A stretch of 64,000 nt of DNA from an uncultured bacterium (GTDB taxonomy: Bacteria > Zhuqueibacterota > QNDG01 > CAYUAG01). The translations under genes were made by a program, and so were the position numbers. Shown in pieces: positions 1-8,480 of this stretch. Within the stretch, counting starts at the first letter, position 1; each line of letters begins with the position of its first letter. The notes under the pieces are model-generated. The model was given only the letters and a program-made list of their open reading frames with translations. It did not search any database and was not told the DNA's origin. Location of the stretch: positions 4,994 through 68,993 of the forward strand of contig CAZETW010000004.1 in assembly GCA_964515295.1 (NCBI GenBank). The letters are read 5' to 3'.

Positions 1-1
1 G

Positions 2-304
2 TTGGAAGGCTATGAAGTGTGTGATTATGTGGCAACCGGAAAAGAAGCTATCCAAAAATCTATCGAACAAAATCCCGATCTGATCTTGATGGATATAAAT
101 TTGCGGGGAGAGATGGACGGCATTACAGCCATGGAAAATATCCGCCGGCAGCAGAAAATTCCTGTCATTTTTATGACCGGATATTCAGGGTTGGAATATA
201 GTGTGAGAGCCGAAAAATTGCAACCACTGGCTTATTTCAAAAAACCGATCGAAGTGGAATTGATCACCCCTGTTATTCGGGAATATTTTAAGGATAATCT
301 TTGA
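2..304 (+). CDS. Response regulator receiver (CheY-like) domain protein, C-terminal part; truncated at window start
   Basis: REC-domain motifs (DLILMD acidic pocket with phospho-acceptor Asp, conserved T and K further on); ORF runs off the 5' edge. Confidence 0.6.
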   Translation: MEGYEVCDYVATGKEAIQKSIEQNPDLILMDINLRGEMDGITAMENIRRQQKIPVIFMTGYSGLEYSVRAEKLQPLAYFKKPIEVELITPVIREYFKDNL

Positions 305-473
305 GATTAGAAGTGAAATGGGAATGAGATATTCCCCAATAATCATAAGTTTGTTCTTTGCCTTGCGCTGTGTTAATTTTTTCAGTCAACCTCATAGAAA
401 AATAAATCTCACACAGAGAAACAAAGGTATAAAGAAAAAGATAAAGGATACAACAAAAATAGATAATATATTA

Positions 474-1856
474 TCATTTCCCTATACAAAACTCCGAGAA
501 AATATAATCCAAAATATCATCAGTTGTTTTTTTGCCAGAGATTTCGCCTAAGGAATCCAACGCCTGCCTGAGATCAAAGGCAATAAATTCCTGAGACATT
601 TTGTCATTCATTGCTTTCAGGGCATGATAAATATGCTCTCTGGTCCGGAAAACTGCCTGTTTATGACGTTCACGGGTTAAGAGCAGTTCGCCTTCCATGG
701 GTAAATCACCGGAAATAACGGTTTGTTTCAGATTGTTAATAAGCATATCAATACCCTTTTTCTTTAGAGCTGAAATAAGTAAAACTTCTTCTGTATTCAG
801 CAGTTTTTTTAATTCATCAGCTGAAATTTGTTGTTTGAGATCAGATTTGTTGATAACTCCCAGCAGTTTTTTTTGTTGTTTCTGGATTCTGCTTATTATT
901 TTTTTATCTTCACTGCTCAGTGTTTTACTCCCGTCAACCACTAATAAAACAATATCTGCCTCTTTTAGAGTCCTCTCTGCTCTTCTGACCCCTTCTTTTT
1001 CTATAGGATCCTGAACTTCTCTTAACCCCGCAGTATCGATAATAGTAAAAAGAACTCCTTCAATGTCCAGTACATCTTCAATGGTATCTCTGGTAGTGCC
1101 GGCAATTTCAGTAACAATTGCCCTTTCCTTTTCTACCAGGCAATTAAGAATACTTGATTTACCTACATTGGGGCTGCCGATAATAGCCATCCTCACCCCT
1201 TCCCTGCATAATCTGCCTCTTTCATAACTGTCCAGAAATTTTTTTAATTCAGCATCAATTTTTTTTAGCATTTTCTGCAGATCATTTAGGGAAGTAAAGT
1301 GAATGTCTTCTTCTGCAAAATCGAGTTCTAGTTCGAGAAAAGAACAGGCCTGAACCAGCTGTTGGGAAAAATCTGCTAATTTTTCAGACAGATTGCCTTC
1401 CAGCTGATACAGAGCAACTCTTCTGGAAGCTTCTGTTTTGGCATGAATAAGATCAGCAACTGCTTCAGCCTGAGAGAGGTCCATTTTCCCATTCAAAAAA
1501 CTTCTTTTGGTGAATTCACCCGGCTCTGCTAACCGGGCTTTATGTTTAATGATCAGATCCAGAATCCTTTTGGTCACAAACGGTGAACCGTGACAGCTTA
1601 TTTCTGCAATATCTTCACCTGTATATGAATGAGGAGAAAAAAAGAAGGTGATCATTACTCTATCGATTTTTTCTCCATTATCTGTAATCCATCCCTGATA
1701 TACTCTGCGATTCCGAAATGAAGATACTTTTTTATCAGTATAAAAAATTTTTTTAATTATGGGCTGAGATTCCTGACCGCTGATACGAATTACTGCAATT
1801 GCTCCTTCGCCCTGAGGAGTGGATACAGCTGTTATTGTATTGTTATTACTATTCAC
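474..1856 (-). CDS. mnmE: tRNA modification GTPase MnmE (TrmE)
   Basis: 460 aa; G1 motif GSPNVGKSS, DTAG, NKSD, C-terminal CIGK tetrapeptide; conserved context with yidC. Confidence 0.93.
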   Translation of the reverse strand: MNSNNNTITAVSTPQGEGAIAVIRISGQESQPIIKKIFYTDKKVSSFRNRRVYQGWITDNGEKIDRVMITFFFSPHSYTGEDIAEISCHGSPFVTKRILDLIIKHKARLAEPGEFTKRSFLNGKMDLSQAEAVADLIHAKTEASRRVALYQLEGNLSEKLADFSQQLVQACSFLELELDFAEEDIHFTSLNDLQKMLKKIDAELKKFLDSYERGRLCREGVRMAIIGSPNVGKSSILNCLVEKERAIVTEIAGTTRDTIEDVLDIEGVLFTIIDTAGLREVQDPIEKEGVRRAERTLKEADIVLLVVDGSKTLSSEDKKIISRIQKQQKKLLGVINKSDLKQQISADELKKLLNTEEVLLISALKKKGIDMLINNLKQTVISGDLPMEGELLLTRERHKQAVFRTREHIYHALKAMNDKMSQEFIAFDLRQALDSLGEISGKKTTDDILDYIFSEFCIGK

Positions 1857-1873
1857 CTGTTATTACCGTGTAT

Positions 1874-1909
1874 AAAAAAACCCCGCCAATTATTAATAGG
1901 TAGACGGGG
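1874..1909 (-). terminator. Candidate Rho-independent terminator between yidC and mnmE
   Basis: On minus strand CCCCGTC..GACGGGG imperfect stem followed by T7 run. Confidence 0.4.
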
Positions 1910-1945
1910 TAATACCTTGTACATAATACTTTGTTCATATCTTTT

Positions 1946-3673
1946 TTAGTTCTTGCCCTTATCCGGAGAAGTAACAGAAGTACCGGACGGTTTTTCTTTT
2001 TTGATTATGAGTTCCTGGGCAATAGTAAAGATGTTAAACATTAAATAGTAAAGATTCAGACCAGAAGAGAGATTAAAAAAGATAAATACCAGAAAAATGG
2101 GCATAAAATAAGCCATGGCCTTTTGTTTAGGATCCTGATTGCTCAGTCTTTGCTGTATGATCATGGTGACACCCATCAGTATAGGAAGCAGATTGAATCC
2201 GCCTAAAATCCCGTCCGGAGCTGAAAGGTCAGGAATGAGCCCGCCTAAAAAAGATGCCTGTCTGAGCATTATGGTAGTGCGGAATAGGTTAAATAATGCA
2301 AACAGGACCGGCATCTGCAAAAGCAGAGGAAGACATCCGCCCATAGGATTTACCCCTTCCTTCTTATACAGTTTCATAGTTTCCTGGTTTAATTTCTGGG
2401 GGTCATCTTTATATTTTTCTTTTAAAGCTGAAATTTTTGGCTGGAGAGACTGCATGGCCCGCATAGATTTATAGCTTTTTCTGGTCAGCGGAAAGAGAAC
2501 TATTTTTATGAGTATTGCCAGAACAATTATGGCCCATCCATAGTTGTGCACTACTTTATCATGTAAAAATTCCAGGGCATAGTAAAAGCCAATACTGATA
2601 GGTTCAATAATAACCCACCCGAAATTCATCAATTTTTCCATTTCACAATTTAAATTTTTTAACTCCTGATAATCCATGGGCCCCATATAGAGAGTTAATA
2701 TGTTCGACTTGCTTTGTGATCCTTTAAAGGGAATATAGAGTTCAGTCATGAATTTTTTCCATTCATAATACTCACTACCATAGTTGAATTGTTTTATCTC
2801 TTCCCCTTTCAGGCGTGCTCCTGCAGCCGGGTTTTCCTGAGTAATCAGAGACATCAGAAAATACTTATTGCGTACAGCTATCCATTTTGTTGAACCTTCT
2901 TTATAATCGGTATCATCCAGTTTGGTTTTAAGCAGCTCATCTCCCTGCAGAGCGTAGGCCATATAGTATCTGTCTTCTTTTTTCGGCTCTTGTTCTGTAG
3001 GCCGTAATCCGGAATTTAACTGAACAGCATAATCTCTGCCTATATCCTCAAAATTCATGGAATGAAATGTTAACTGCAGTTCTACCTGGTATGTATTAGG
3101 CCTCACTATAAATTCTTTCTCAAACTGCTTATTCTTATCGAGAGTACACATAAATCTGTATCTTTTAGTGGTTCCGGCTGTATCGTATACTACTGTGTAC
3201 TCTTGATTGATTAAATCAATTTTTCTGTTTTGTGGTATTACAAAAAGATTACCTCCAGCATCTTCAGGGATCAGTTCAACCAAAATACTATCCTGTTTTT
3301 TCCCCTTTTCTCCGGAATAGTAATCTTTAAGTTTCCAGCTGATTATTGTACCCCCTCCCCGGGTGGAGAGTACACCTCTGAAGAGTGAATTCTCAATCAC
3401 CACACTGTCAGCTTTTGTATCTGAGGATGCAGGTGGAGTAACGGGAATACTCTTTTTATTCTGAATATCTTCAGATTCAGTTTTATAGGAAAAGGGATCA
3501 CTCTCTTGTTTTATTTGTTCAACAGTCTCCGGTTCAGCCTGTTGTTCTGCAGTTGCCTTTTCTGACTGATCAGGTGTTTTCTCAGTATTATAGCCAATTT
3601 TTTTCATATACACCGGCCATAAAATAAATATGATTAGTATTAAAACAATTGCTAAAATTGATTTTTTATCCAT
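1946..3673 (-). CDS. yidC: Membrane protein insertase YidC
   Basis: 575 aa; N-terminal TM, large periplasmic domain, C-terminal 5-TM Oxa1/YidC core; rpmH-rnpA-yidD-yidC-mnmE synteny. Confidence 0.92.
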   Translation of the reverse strand: MDKKSILAIVLILIIFILWPVYMKKIGYNTEKTPDQSEKATAEQQAEPETVEQIKQESDPFSYKTESEDIQNKKSIPVTPPASSDTKADSVVIENSLFRGVLSTRGGGTIISWKLKDYYSGEKGKKQDSILVELIPEDAGGNLFVIPQNRKIDLINQEYTVVYDTAGTTKRYRFMCTLDKNKQFEKEFIVRPNTYQVELQLTFHSMNFEDIGRDYAVQLNSGLRPTEQEPKKEDRYYMAYALQGDELLKTKLDDTDYKEGSTKWIAVRNKYFLMSLITQENPAAGARLKGEEIKQFNYGSEYYEWKKFMTELYIPFKGSQSKSNILTLYMGPMDYQELKNLNCEMEKLMNFGWVIIEPISIGFYYALEFLHDKVVHNYGWAIIVLAILIKIVLFPLTRKSYKSMRAMQSLQPKISALKEKYKDDPQKLNQETMKLYKKEGVNPMGGCLPLLLQMPVLFALFNLFRTTIMLRQASFLGGLIPDLSAPDGILGGFNLLPILMGVTMIIQQRLSNQDPKQKAMAYFMPIFLVFIFFNLSSGLNLYYLMFNIFTIAQELIIKKEKPSGTSVTSPDKGKN

Positions 3674-3689
3674 AATGCATTATCCTTTT

Positions 3690-3905
3690 TTATTTTACTG
3701 GATCATATCCTCCCGGATTAAATGGATGGCATCTTATAATCCGTTTTAGTCCCAGAAATGAGCCTTTGAACAATCCGTATTTCTGCACTGACTGTACAGT
3801 ATATTCAGAACAGGTAGGAAAGAATCGGCAAGTTCGGGGAAATAATGGTGATATTATTTTTTGATATAATCTGATACTATGTATAATTATTTTTTTAATG
3901 ATCAT
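3690..3905 (-). CDS. yidD: Membrane protein insertion efficiency factor YidD
   Basis: 71 aa; conserved CRFxPTCSxY and HPxxxGGxDPV motifs. Confidence 0.9.
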   Translation of the reverse strand: MIIKKIIIHSIRLYQKIISPLFPRTCRFFPTCSEYTVQSVQKYGLFKGSFLGLKRIIRCHPFNPGGYDPVK

Positions 3906-4252
3906 TTCTGCTTTTTTAAAAAATTTTGAAAATCATTATAAATATGCTGATATCCTGCAGAGGATGTTAAATTTTTAGCATATAATACTACATGCAGATC
4001 TTTTATATTCTGCCGGTTTTTTCTGTATGTCTCTCTCATTAATCGTTTAATTCGATTTCTGGTCACAGCGTTACCCACTTTTTTGGGAACTAAAAATCCT
4101 GCTTTTTTTTCTTTTGCTTCTAAGATAAAAATATTTATATACTTTCCTTCCCATTGTCTGCCCTGGGTAAGAATTGTTTTAAATTCACTGTTTTTTTTAA
4201 TAATTTCATTTTTCGGCAAACGTTGATCAATATATGATGATTTCTTACCCAT
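3902..4252 (-). CDS. rnpA: Ribonuclease P protein component
   Basis: 116 aa basic protein, KKxGNAVxRNRIKR motif; overlaps yidD start by 4 nt. Confidence 0.9.
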   Translation of the reverse strand: MGKKSSYIDQRLPKNEIIKKNSEFKTILTQGRQWEGKYINIFILEAKEKKAGFLVPKKVGNAVTRNRIKRLMRETYRKNRQNIKDLHVVLYAKNLTSSAGYQHIYNDFQNFLKKQK

Positions 4253-4280
4253 ATCAGTGGGTCAGCAACATTATATACAA

Positions 4281-4427
4281 TTATTTCTCATCACTGACAG
4301 TAAGTTTGGCTCTCCCCTTTGCTCTGCGACGTTTCAGTATTGCGCGTCCGTTTTTCGTTTTCATTCTCTCGCGAAATCCGTGTTTATTCTTACGTTTTCT
4401 ATTACTTGGCTGATACGTTCTTTTCAT
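4281..4427 (-). CDS. rpmH: 50S ribosomal protein L34
   Basis: Manual translation of minus strand: [48 protein letters not shown] (48 aa); below ORF-track size cut-off; canonical position upstream of rnpA. Confidence 0.9.
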   Translation of the reverse strand: MKRTYQPSNRKRKNKHGFRERMKTKNGRAILKRRRAKGRAKLTVSDEK

Positions 4428-4492
4428 ATAATTAAACCTCCGTAAATTTTATAGAGACCATAAGATACATAACTTTTTATAATAAAATCAAG

Positions 4493-5572
4493 TTATTTTC
4501 TGATTTTTATTAAATTTAATATTCCGCCTGATCCCATAATCAGGTTACCCATCCAGGCTGCTATAAATGGATTTAGTTCTCCTTCTTCCCCCATAGTCTG
4601 CCCTATTCTCACCAGACCGAAATAAATAAAACAAATTGCCAGGCTGATACCAAAACCAACCACCAGGCTTTTTTTCCGTCTGTTGTAAACAAAAGGAATA
4701 CTGAATATAATAATTATAACATTACTCAGGGGGTAGGAAAATCGTATATGCAGCTGTGTATGCCATTTATGCACTTCTCCTCCGGATTTTTTAACTCTGT
4801 CTACAAACCAGAGGAGTTCATTAATACTCATTTGTTCCGGATCAATTTGGGACAGGTACAGTTGGTGGGGTGTGAAATTCAGTTTAATTATTCGTTTACT
4901 GGTGATTGGTTCTGCTTCTTCATGATTTTCTTCAAATTTTCGTTCATATCCATTATATATTATCCAGTTTTCTCCATCCCATTTCATCAGACGGGAATCA
5001 ATTTTTGATACCAGTGTACCTTTTAAATATTGTTCAATTTTTATATTATAGGCTATCTGTCTGTCAAAATTATAACTTTCAATAGAAACAATTTTATTGG
5101 GTGGATCCTGCATAATAACATCACGAATAATTTTTTTACTGCCGGATCCTCTTTTAGTTAGATAATCATTTTTGATATTATCAATTTGTCTGTTGGTGTG
5201 AACGGCAACTGTCTCTGCAAGTAAAAATGAACCGATACTCAGCAATAACCCAATGATTAACAGAATACACATGATACGGTAGAAGCTGTATCCAAGTGCT
5301 TTAAGGGCTACAATCTCATTATGTCTGGCCATGAGACCAATGGAAAAAACCGTGGTCATAAGGGTGGCTACAGGAAGAATAATTATTATAATATAAGGAA
5401 CGAAGTAGATATAATAAATAGTTGTAATATTCCAAGGTACATTATTATCAATGAAACTGTCCAGATTTTCTATCATATCCACTATAATAAATATGACGAT
5501 TATCCCCAGCAGACACAGGGAGAAAATTGACATAAATCTTTTAAATATATAACGCGGAAGAATCGGGATCAT
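4493..5572 (-). CDS. lptG: LPS export ABC transporter permease, LptF/LptG (YjgP/YjgQ) family
   Basis: 359 aa, 6-TM permease fold with periplasmic insert; paired with a second paralog immediately upstream. Confidence 0.8.
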   Translation of the reverse strand: MIPILPRYIFKRFMSIFSLCLLGIIVIFIIVDMIENLDSFIDNNVPWNITTIYYIYFVPYIIIIILPVATLMTTVFSIGLMARHNEIVALKALGYSFYRIMCILLIIGLLLSIGSFLLAETVAVHTNRQIDNIKNDYLTKRGSGSKKIIRDVIMQDPPNKIVSIESYNFDRQIAYNIKIEQYLKGTLVSKIDSRLMKWDGENWIIYNGYERKFEENHEEAEPITSKRIIKLNFTPHQLYLSQIDPEQMSINELLWFVDRVKKSGGEVHKWHTQLHIRFSYPLSNVIIIIFSIPFVYNRRKKSLVVGFGISLAICFIYFGLVRIGQTMGEEGELNPFIAAWMGNLIMGSGGILNLIKIRK

Positions 5573-6942
5573 TACTTGCTCCTGGTAAAAAAATATTTCA
5601 GTTTATCAGTAAGTACATTCCATCGGATAACGGTTACTTCCCGGACAGTATGTATTATTAAATAAACACCTCCCCCTCCAACTACAATATTGGGAAGCCA
5701 CATAGCTAACACAGGATCCATTAATCCTCTGTCAGCAAGTTGTTCTCCGCCGATTAAAAAAGACCAGTAAATGAGAAAAAATACCATGCTGATACCTCCC
5801 CCTACAGCCATTCCTCCCTGTCTGGCCATAATGCCCACCGGAGCTCCGATAAGCACAAATACAATACAGGCAATCGGTATGGAGTATTTTTTGTGTATTT
5901 CAACCAGAACAGCAGCAATGGAAGTATTTATTCCCTTGATTCCCTTGATTTGTGAATGAATGCTTTGTGTAATTTTTTCTAATTTTTTTAAGGTTACTGT
6001 ACGGGAAGTAGTATCACCTGCTGAGGAAAGTTCAGAATGCACCTCCTGCTCAGACCAAAATTGTTTCGGGAAAAATTCCTGAATCATCATCTGTGCCTGT
6101 TTGATGATTATATCTTGTTTTTTGTTAATAGAACTAACATGACGTTTAATATCTTCTTTTAGCATGGGGTTGGTTTTTTCTCTCAATCCTCTTCTCTTGG
6201 AACTGCTTCTCTTTAAAACCATATTGGAAACAGGAATATAAATTTTATGTTTATTAAATTTTAAACGTCTGTAATTTTCAAGATTTGTTTTTTGAACCTC
6301 ATGAACTTCTCCATTTTCAAGAGAAAATACCAAGGTGCTATATTCATCTGAATAATATAATTTTCCTGATTCGGCAAATATAGTTTTATTAAATCTCGGA
6401 TCACTGCTGTCGTTAATGATTATCCCATAAAGTACATCGGTTTCATTATCAATTGAATGCACTAACAGATTATAATTTTCAATATCATCAAAAAAAACAT
6501 TAGGTTCCAGAGTTAAAGTAGGTTTTTTTTTGGATATATCAGAATAAAGTGTACTTAAATGATGATTTGATTCGGGATAAACATAATTATTAAACTGTAT
6601 CATGCCGGCAGCTATTATAACCGATACAATTATTACAGGAGAAATAAGACTGTAAAGATGTACTCCGCTTGCTTTCAAAGCTGTGATTTCATTTTCAGAA
6701 GATAGTCTTCCGAATACCATGAGCGTTGCAATCAGTACAGCCATAGGTATAGCTAAGGCAATTATCCAGGCAAGTTGGTAGACGAAGAATTCGATAATAA
6801 CTTTTATGGGAAGCCCTTTACCGAGTAGTCTGCCCAGGTCTCTGAATAAAATGTTTAATATAAACAGAAATACAATGGTCCCTATACCAAAAATAAATGG
6901 ATTGATATGTTCTTTCAAAATATATTTTGTAATTATCCGCAT
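5572..6942 (-). CDS. lptF: LPS export ABC transporter permease, LptF/LptG (YjgP/YjgQ) family
   Basis: 456 aa, N-terminal 3 TM, large periplasmic domain, C-terminal 3 TM; 1-nt overlap with downstream paralog. Confidence 0.8.
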   Translation of the reverse strand: MRIITKYILKEHINPFIFGIGTIVFLFILNILFRDLGRLLGKGLPIKVIIEFFVYQLAWIIALAIPMAVLIATLMVFGRLSSENEITALKASGVHLYSLISPVIIVSVIIAAGMIQFNNYVYPESNHHLSTLYSDISKKKPTLTLEPNVFFDDIENYNLLVHSIDNETDVLYGIIINDSSDPRFNKTIFAESGKLYYSDEYSTLVFSLENGEVHEVQKTNLENYRRLKFNKHKIYIPVSNMVLKRSSSKRRGLREKTNPMLKEDIKRHVSSINKKQDIIIKQAQMMIQEFFPKQFWSEQEVHSELSSAGDTTSRTVTLKKLEKITQSIHSQIKGIKGINTSIAAVLVEIHKKYSIPIACIVFVLIGAPVGIMARQGGMAVGGGISMVFFLIYWSFLIGGEQLADRGLMDPVLAMWLPNIVVGGGGVYLIIHTVREVTVIRWNVLTDKLKYFFTRSK

Positions 6943-7089
6943 AGTTTACCTATATATATTTTAAGATTATAATATAACAAACTAAAAAGAATTTTGCAAA
7001 CTAAATTATCTAAAAATTTCTTGCTTAAACCGAATATTTTTCTTATATTAAAAAAAATAAAATTTTATGAAGGGAGGTATCAAGAATTT

Positions 7090-7290
7090 ATGCCTGCAGT
7101 GAAGGTCAGAAATAATGAATCATTTGAAAAAGCTTTAAAAAGATTTACCAAACAGTGTGAAAAAGCAGGGTTAATGTCTGATATCAGGAAACATCAGTAT
7201 TATGAAAAACCAAGTCAAAAAAGAAAGCGTAAAGAAGCAGCAGCACGAAGAAAGCAGAGAAAACTCCAAAAAATATTCGGTGAACAATAA
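7090..7290 (+). CDS. rpsU: 30S ribosomal protein S21
   Basis: [28 protein letters not shown]... typical S21; GGGAGG SD 8 nt upstream of this ATG; the longer ORF from 6994 is rejected. Confidence 0.9.
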   Translation: MPAVKVRNNESFEKALKRFTKQCEKAGLMSDIRKHQYYEKPSQKRKRKEAAARRKQRKLQKIFGEQ

Positions 7291-7299
7291 TGTGCTATA

Positions 7300-7761
7300 A
7301 TGCAGAAGGATACAATCATGAGTTTATCTGATACTGTATCAGAAAAAATCAAACAGGCCATGAAGTCTAAAGACAGGGTTGCTGTAGAAGCATACAGGAG
7401 TATAAAGTCTCAATTACAGAATAAAGCAATCGAACAAGGTCGAGAGCTTACAGAACAAGATGAAATTATGGTTTTATCCAAAGAGGTAAAGAAAAGAAAA
7501 GAATCTCTGGAATATTTTAAGGAACAGAAGCGAGATGATCTGGTTGCCCAGGAAGAAAAAGAGTTAAAAATAATAGAATCTTTTTTACCTGAACCCCTTT
7601 CCCGGGAAGAACTTGGAAATATAGTTGATAAAGTGATCAATGAAACCGAAGCAGAATCCATGAGGGATATGGGTAAAGTCATGGGAGCTGTGATGCCTCA
7701 AGTGAAGGGCAGGATTGAGGGGAAAACGGTTCAAGATATTGTAAAAGAAAAGTTGAGCTGA
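7300..7761 (+). CDS. yqeY: GatB/YqeY domain protein
   Basis: 153 aa, YqeY-like helical domain; follows rpsU as in many bacteria; true start may be the ATG at 7318. Confidence 0.8.
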   Translation: MQKDTIMSLSDTVSEKIKQAMKSKDRVAVEAYRSIKSQLQNKAIEQGRELTEQDEIMVLSKEVKKRKESLEYFKEQKRDDLVAQEEKELKIIESFLPEPLSREELGNIVDKVINETEAESMRDMGKVMGAVMPQVKGRIEGKTVQDIVKEKLS

Positions 7762-7835
7762 TCATATTGATTATTTTATGGAAATATTATTCAATACCCT
7801 GTGTTTTATAAAACATGGGGTTTTTTTATATATTT

Positions 7836-8480
7836 ATGAATACTTTTGATATAATTATTCTATTGATACTGGGTTTTTTTTGTATTAAAGGATTATTCAA
7901 GGGGATGGTGCTGGAAGTCTTTACTTTTATAGGGCTTTTAGCAGGATATTTAATCTCATTACGAATTAAAAGTAATGTGGCAGTTTTTATACAGCAATGG
8001 ATACACTTGCCGGATATTATGATCAATACAGTCTCTTTTTTATTGATTTTTGTATTAATAATTATAATTTTCAGAATTATTGCCGTAAGAATCCGGGAGT
8101 TCTTTAAGTGGACATTTTTAGGATGGATCGATAGAGGCGGTGGATTTTTAATAGGACTGCTGAAAGGAGGCCTTATTGCCAGTCTGGTAGTTCTTCTGAT
8201 ATCCATTATTCCATTTTCTGAAAGGGTAAAAAAAGAACAGGAAACTTCTTTTTTGTTTCTGCCTGTCCGTGCTATTGCTCCTGCAGTTTTCAATCTTATA
8301 AAAAAAGCCTATCCCAAAACAGAAGATTTTTATATTGAAGTAAAGCAGGGGCTTACTGCTGAATCTCAAAAGGCTGTGGATAATATTGTGTCGGAAGGAG
8401 TTAAATCTTTAGAGAAAAAAGCTCAGAAAAAAATATCCCAGGAATTAGATAAACAGAAAGAAGAGAAAATTTTTGAATAA
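7836..8480 (+). CDS. cvpA: CvpA family membrane protein (colicin V production protein-like)
   Basis: N-terminus MNTFDIIILLILGFF typical of CvpA, 4 TM; the ORF is open from 7815, but the CvpA consensus starts at this ATG. Confidence 0.75.
   Translation: MNTFDIIILLILGFFCIKGLFKGMVLEVFTFIGLLAGYLISLRIKSNVAVFIQQWIHLPDIMINTVSFLLIFVLIIIIFRIIAVRIREFFKWTFLGWIDRGGGFLIGLLKGGLIASLVVLLISIIPFSERVKKEQETSFLFLPVRAIAPAVFNLIKKAYPKTEDFYIEVKQGLTAESQKAVDNIVSEGVKSLEKKAQKKISQELDKQKEEKIFE

Noticed and set aside
318-551. 77-aa ORF in the gap between the response regulator and mnmE
   Set aside because: No SD, and it overlaps the mnmE 3' end. Composition is typical of non-coding AT-rich sequence.
697-1014. Plus-strand 105-aa ORF inside mnmE. 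Similar antisense or overlapping ORFs sit inside real genes at 2139-2474, 4748-5008, 5321-5530, 5771-5959, 7410-7682, 7826-8293, 14996-15406, 31471-31950, 34570-34845, 44212-44806, 57093-57368, 60114-60389 and 62704-62973.
   Set aside because: All lie wholly within strongly supported genes on the other strand or frame. They have low-complexity or biased composition and no recognisable motifs, so they are artefacts of AT-rich sequence.
4428-4492. Origin of replication next to rpmH
   Set aside because: There is no dnaA and no cluster of DnaA boxes (TTATCCACA). The only near-matches are isolated.
6994-7089. N-terminal 32-aa extension of the rpsU ORF
   Set aside because: S21 homology begins at the internal ATG (7090), which has a GGGAGG SD. 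The extension is hydrophobic and nonsense for a ribosomal protein.
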